Source of the DNA: Candidatus Kaiserbacteria bacterium
Lineage (GTDB): Bacteria; Patescibacteriota; Minisyncoccia; Phycocordibacterales; Phycocordibacteraceae
Length of the DNA: 64,000 bases
Reading direction: 5' to 3'
Assembly (NCBI GenBank): GCA_026396715.1
Contig: JAPLWH010000006.1
Coordinates: 42,850-106,849, forward strand
In this document: positions 61,028 to 64,000 of the stretch, in pieces
How positions within the stretch are numbered: the first letter of the stretch is position 1
How the letters are laid out: each line of letters opens with the position of its first letter
Program-made: the position numbers and the translations under genes
The notes under the pieces: model-generated
Told to the model about the DNA's origin: nothing
What the model saw: only the letters and a program-made list of their open reading frames with translations
The model's database searches: none

Positions 61028-61070
61028 GAAAAGCGAAACCGCCCCGTAAGGGGCGGTTTCGCTTTTCTTG
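61025..61070 (-). terminator. Terminator after rpsJ
   Basis: 21-bp IR CAAGAAAAGCGAAACCGCCCC/GGGGCGGTTTCGCTTTTCTTG. Confidence 0.8.
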
Positions 61071-61084
61071 GCAGTCTTTGTTAA

Positions 61085-61106
61085 AGCCTTCGACTTCGCT
61101 CAGGCT
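61085..61106. repeat. TTCGAC...CTCAGG palindromic repeat at the rpsJ stop
   Basis: AGCCTTCGACTTCGCTCAGGCT. Confidence 0.55.
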
Positions 61107-61512
61107 AAACCATCTTTACGTCAATCGTCACGCCGGAAGGGAGATTGAGGTTCGTGAGGGCCTCGATTACCTTCGGCGAGGGATTCAAGATGTCGACGAG
61201 GCGCTTATGAATGCGCATTTCGAACTGCTCGCGTGCATCTTTGTAGACGAACGTCGAGCGGTTCACTGTCCAGCGCTTGATCTCGGTAGGAAGCGGAACC
61301 GGACCGACGACGGTCGCATCGAAGCGAGCGGCGGTGTCCATGATCTGCTTCACGGAGAGATCGAGAATTTTGTGCTCATAGGCGCGGATGCGGATGCGGA
61401 GTTTGTGTTCCGTTGGAACGGCCGCGGTCGCTTTCTTCGTGACGCGCTTGCCCTCCGTAGCTTTAGCGGAGGAGGGTTTCGCTTTCGGTTTTGCTGCTGT
61501 CGCTGGTGCCAT
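61105..61512 (-). CDS. rpsJ: 30S ribosomal protein S10
   Basis: GPVPLPT, REQFEMRIHKRL; Lys/Ala-rich N-terminal extension. Confidence 0.97.
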   Translation of the reverse strand: MAPATAAKPKAKPSSAKATEGKRVTKKATAAVPTEHKLRIRIRAYEHKILDLSVKQIMDTAARFDATVVGPVPLPTEIKRWTVNRSTFVYKDAREQFEMRIHKRLVDILNPSPKVIEALTNLNLPSGVTIDVKMV

Positions 61513-61538
61513 ATGAGTAGGGATTCTCGGATGAGAGC

Positions 61539-62738
61539 TTACGCCGTAATCTTTGTTACGACGCCAGCGCCCACCGTCTTGCCGCCTTCGCGGATAGCGA
61601 AGCGCTGCTGTTCCTCAAGCGCGACCGGAGCAACGAGCTTTACCATGAAGGTAACCGTGTCTCCCGGCATGACCATCTCCTTACCCTCCGCGAGCGTTAC
61701 CTCGCCCGTCACGTCCGTCGTGCGGATGTAGAACTGCGGCTTGTATCCGGAAAAGAATGGCGTGTGACGGCCTCCTTCGTCCTTGGAGAGGATGTAGACC
61801 TCGGCGTTGAAGTCCGTATGCGGCGTGACCGATCCGCTCTTCGCGAGGACCTGTCCGCGGTGCACATCTTCCTTCTTCGTACCGCGGAGCAAGATGCCGG
61901 CATTGTCGCCCGCCATACCCTCAGTAAGCTGCTTGTTAAACATTTCGATGCCGGTAACGGTCGTCTTCGCCGTCGGCTTGATACCGACGATTTCGACTTC
62001 CTCGCCAACCTTCACGACACCGCGCTCGATACGGCCGGTAACGACGGTACCGCGACCTTCGATCGAGAAGATGTCTTCGATCGGCATGAGGAACGGCTTG
62101 TTGACCTCGCGCTCTGGCTGGTCGAAGTACGTGTCCATCGTGTCGATGAGGCTCTTGACCTTCTGTGCCCATTCGTCGCTGACTTCCTTCGACTCAAGCG
62201 CCTTGAGGCCCGAACCGCGGATAATCGGCGTCGATGCACCGTCGTAGCCCTGCTTCGTGAGAAGCTCGCGGATTTCCTCTTCGACGAGGTCGATGAGGTC
62301 TGCCTCGGCTACCATGTCCACCTTGTTCAAGAAGACGATGAGCTTCTTAAGACCCACCTGCTTCGCAAGGAGGATGTGCTCGCGCGTCTGCGGCATCACG
62401 CCGTCAGTCGCAGCAACCACGAGGACTGCACCGTCCATTTGGGCGGCACCCGTGATCATGTTCTTGATGTAGTCAGCGTGTCCTGGCGCATCGATGTGCG
62501 CGTAGTGACGCTTTGGGGACTCGTACTCCGAGTGGTGGAGCGCGATAGTGATACCACGCGCCTTCTCTTCCGGTGCGCTGTCAATTTTGTCGACGCCTTC
62601 GACGCGAGCTGAGTAGCCCTCGCCAGTGAGCATCGAGAGCACATGCAGGATACCTGCGGTGAGCGTCGTCTTTCCATGGTCCACGTGGCCGATGGTGCCG
62701 ACATTCATGTGCGGCTTGCTGCGGTTAAATTCTGCCAT
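61539..62738 (-). CDS. tuf: Elongation factor Tu
   Basis: [36 protein letters not shown]. Confidence 0.99.
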   Translation of the reverse strand: MAEFNRSKPHMNVGTIGHVDHGKTTLTAGILHVLSMLTGEGYSARVEGVDKIDSAPEEKARGITIALHHSEYESPKRHYAHIDAPGHADYIKNMITGAAQMDGAVLVVAATDGVMPQTREHILLAKQVGLKKLIVFLNKVDMVAEADLIDLVEEEIRELLTKQGYDGASTPIIRGSGLKALESKEVSDEWAQKVKSLIDTMDTYFDQPEREVNKPFLMPIEDIFSIEGRGTVVTGRIERGVVKVGEEVEIVGIKPTAKTTVTGIEMFNKQLTEGMAGDNAGILLRGTKKEDVHRGQVLAKSGSVTPHTDFNAEVYILSKDEGGRHTPFFSGYKPQFYIRTTDVTGEVTLAEGKEMVMPGDTVTFMVKLVAPVALEEQQRFAIREGGKTVGAGVVTKITA

Positions 62739-62790
62739 AATTATCGAATTACGTTAGTAAATCACGAATAAAGAGGATTCTTACGAACCT

Positions 62791-62859
62791 CTTCCTGTCA
62801 TCGCTCGCTCGGAAAAGATAATGAGGACATTCTCTTTTCACTTGCTCGCTCGACAGTAA
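62791..62859. repeat. CGCTCGCT hairpin element in the tuf leader
   Basis: CTTCCTG..CGCTCGCTCGGAAAAGATAATG-loop-CATTCTCTTTTC..GCTCGCTCGACAGTAA. Confidence 0.6.
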
Positions 62860-62946
62860 TCCGACGCGAGTCGGAACAAACTCTACAGCTTGCCGACTCA
62901 CAAAAAGCAGACAAGCCAAAGAGCGACGCCAAGATGCGTTAAAGGC

Positions 62947-62975
62947 ACTATACGAGAAGCGTCTGTGGAATGCAA
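62947..62975 (-). promoter_or_regulatory. tuf promoter
   Basis: TTGCAT-17 bp-TATAGT. Confidence 0.65.
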
Positions 62976-62994
62976 CCTGCAGCGGGGACAAGGG

Positions 62995-63036
62995 AAAGAA
63001 AACCGCCGCAGCCAGGAGGCTGCGGCGGTTTTCTTT
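62995..63036 (-). terminator. Terminator after fusA
   Basis: AAAGAAAACCGCCGCAGCC/GGCTGCGGCGGTTTTCTTT. Confidence 0.8.
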
Positions 63037-63045
63037 TGTGAAAAG

Positions 63046-63130
63046 TTATTTGCGAGACGCGATGATGTCGGCGGCGACCCCATTAGAAACGCTCGCCGAC
63101 TCACGTTCTAACGGGGCGTGCGTTGTTCGG
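63046..63130 (-). pseudogene. Displaced duplicate of the fusA 3' end (PNN|[10 protein letters not shown]) interrupted by a 39-bp IR element
   Basis: CCG AAC AAC G ... GTC GCC GCC GAC ATC ATC GCG TCT CGC AAA TAA encodes the same residues as the fusA C-terminus with different codons. Confidence 0.8.
63078..63116. repeat. TTAGA/TCTAAC inverted-end element, 39 bp
   Basis: CCCCATTAGAAACG...CGTTCTAACGGGG. Confidence 0.8.
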
Positions 63131-63140
63131 TGTAGTTATC

Positions 63141-64000
63141 TTATTTGCGGCTTGCAATAATATCTGCTGCCACATTATTAGGAACTGTATCGTAATGGTC
63201 GAATTCCATCGTCATCGAACCGCGACCTTCAGTCATCGAGCGGAGTGTCGTGGTGTAGCCGAACATCTCGGAGAGCGGCACTTTGGCATTCACGACCTTG
63301 TTCATGCCGCGTTCCTCCATACCCTCAATCTGCGCACGCTTGCCCGAAAGATTTCCGGTAATGTCGCCCATGAATTTGTCCGGCACGACAACTTCGATAC
63401 GCATGACCGGTTCGAGGATGACCGGCTTCGCCCTCTGCGCCGCTTCCTTGAACGCCATCGATGCGGCGATCTTGAATGCTATTTCGGAGGAGTCCACGTC
63501 GTGGAACGATCCGTCGTAGAGGTCGATCGAGACATCGACCATCGGGAAGCCCGCGAGGAAACCGCGTGACATCGATTCGCGCATACCCTTCTCCACTGCT
63601 GGGATGTATTCCTGAGGGATCGCGCCGCCTTTGATGCTGTTGATGAATTCGAAGTGGTCCTCACGCGTAATGTTCTTGGAGATCTTAGCGCCCTCCTCGA
63701 TCGGCTCCATCTTCTTCATCTTGATCTTCACGTGGCCGTACTGACCGCGACCGCCGGTCTGCTTAATGTACTTCCCTTCTGCTTCAGCAGAACCAAGAAT
63801 CGTCTCGCGATACGCCACCTGCGGCTTCCCTACGTCTGCAACGACATTGAACTCGCGCTTCATACGGTCGACGAGAATTTCAAGATGCAGTTCACCCATG
63901 CCGGAAATAATAGTCTCGCCCGTCTCTTCGTCAGTCTTGATGCGGAAGGTTGGGTCTTCGTCCGCGAGCTTTCTGAGCGCGACGCCCATTTTCTCCTGGT
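63141..64000 (-). CDS. fusA: Elongation factor G (3' part; continues beyond the window)
   Basis: [43 protein letters not shown]. Confidence 0.98.
   Translation of the reverse strand, partial: QEKMGVALRKLADEDPTFRIKTDEETGETIISGMGELHLEILVDRMKREFNVVADVGKPQVAYRETILGSAEAEGKYIKQTGGRGQYGHVKIKMKKMEPIEEGAKISKNITREDHFEFINSIKGGAIPQEYIPAVEKGMRESMSRGFLAGFPMVDVSIDLYDGSFHDVDSSEIAFKIAASMAFKEAAQRAKPVILEPVMRIEVVVPDKFMGDITGNLSGKRAQIEGMEERGMNKVVNAKVPLSEMFGYTTTLRSMTEGRGSMTMEFDHYDTVPNNVAADIIASRK

Overview
This is a bacterial chromosome segment in genetic code 11 (TGA is a stop). Its gene content points to a Patescibacteria/CPR organism, probably Parcubacteria: no rpmD/L30 between rpsE and rplO, a large type IV pilus/competence cluster, ribosomal proteins with terminal extensions and sparse metabolism. 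This assignment is an inference. From left to right it holds gatA/gatC, ligA, a type IV pilus cluster with comF, tRNA-Ser(GCT), gpmA/eno, a MacAB-like ABC exporter, groEL/ES, secG, an OppA-like protein, rnj, a repair/redox block (mutY, nth, bcp, VKOR, msrB, msrA, FMN reductase) and a small defence-like island (MmeI-type RM enzyme, DUF2188, XRE-Panacea antitoxin with RelE-like toxin, PLD nuclease). It continues with infC-rpmI-rplT, a compact 6S RNA, ndk, map-adk-secY, the spc/S10 ribosomal genes, tuf and the 3' part of fusA. The most unusual signal is non-genic: several families of short dispersed palindromic elements sit at gene junctions. One family has fixed ends (CCC[G/A]TTAGA...TCTAAC[G/A]GG) and unrelated interiors of 39-123 bp, and its copies supply start codons, a stop codon, uORFs or a whole N-terminus to pilB, bcp, infC and rplV. 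One copy lies inside a displaced, synonymously recoded duplicate of the fusA 3' end. A nested repeat is translated inside rplD. Many genes appear leaderless, while three orphan small ORFs carry perfect Shine-Dalgarno sites. No CRISPR array, rRNA gene or transposase was seen. All calls come from manual motif recognition, with no database searches.
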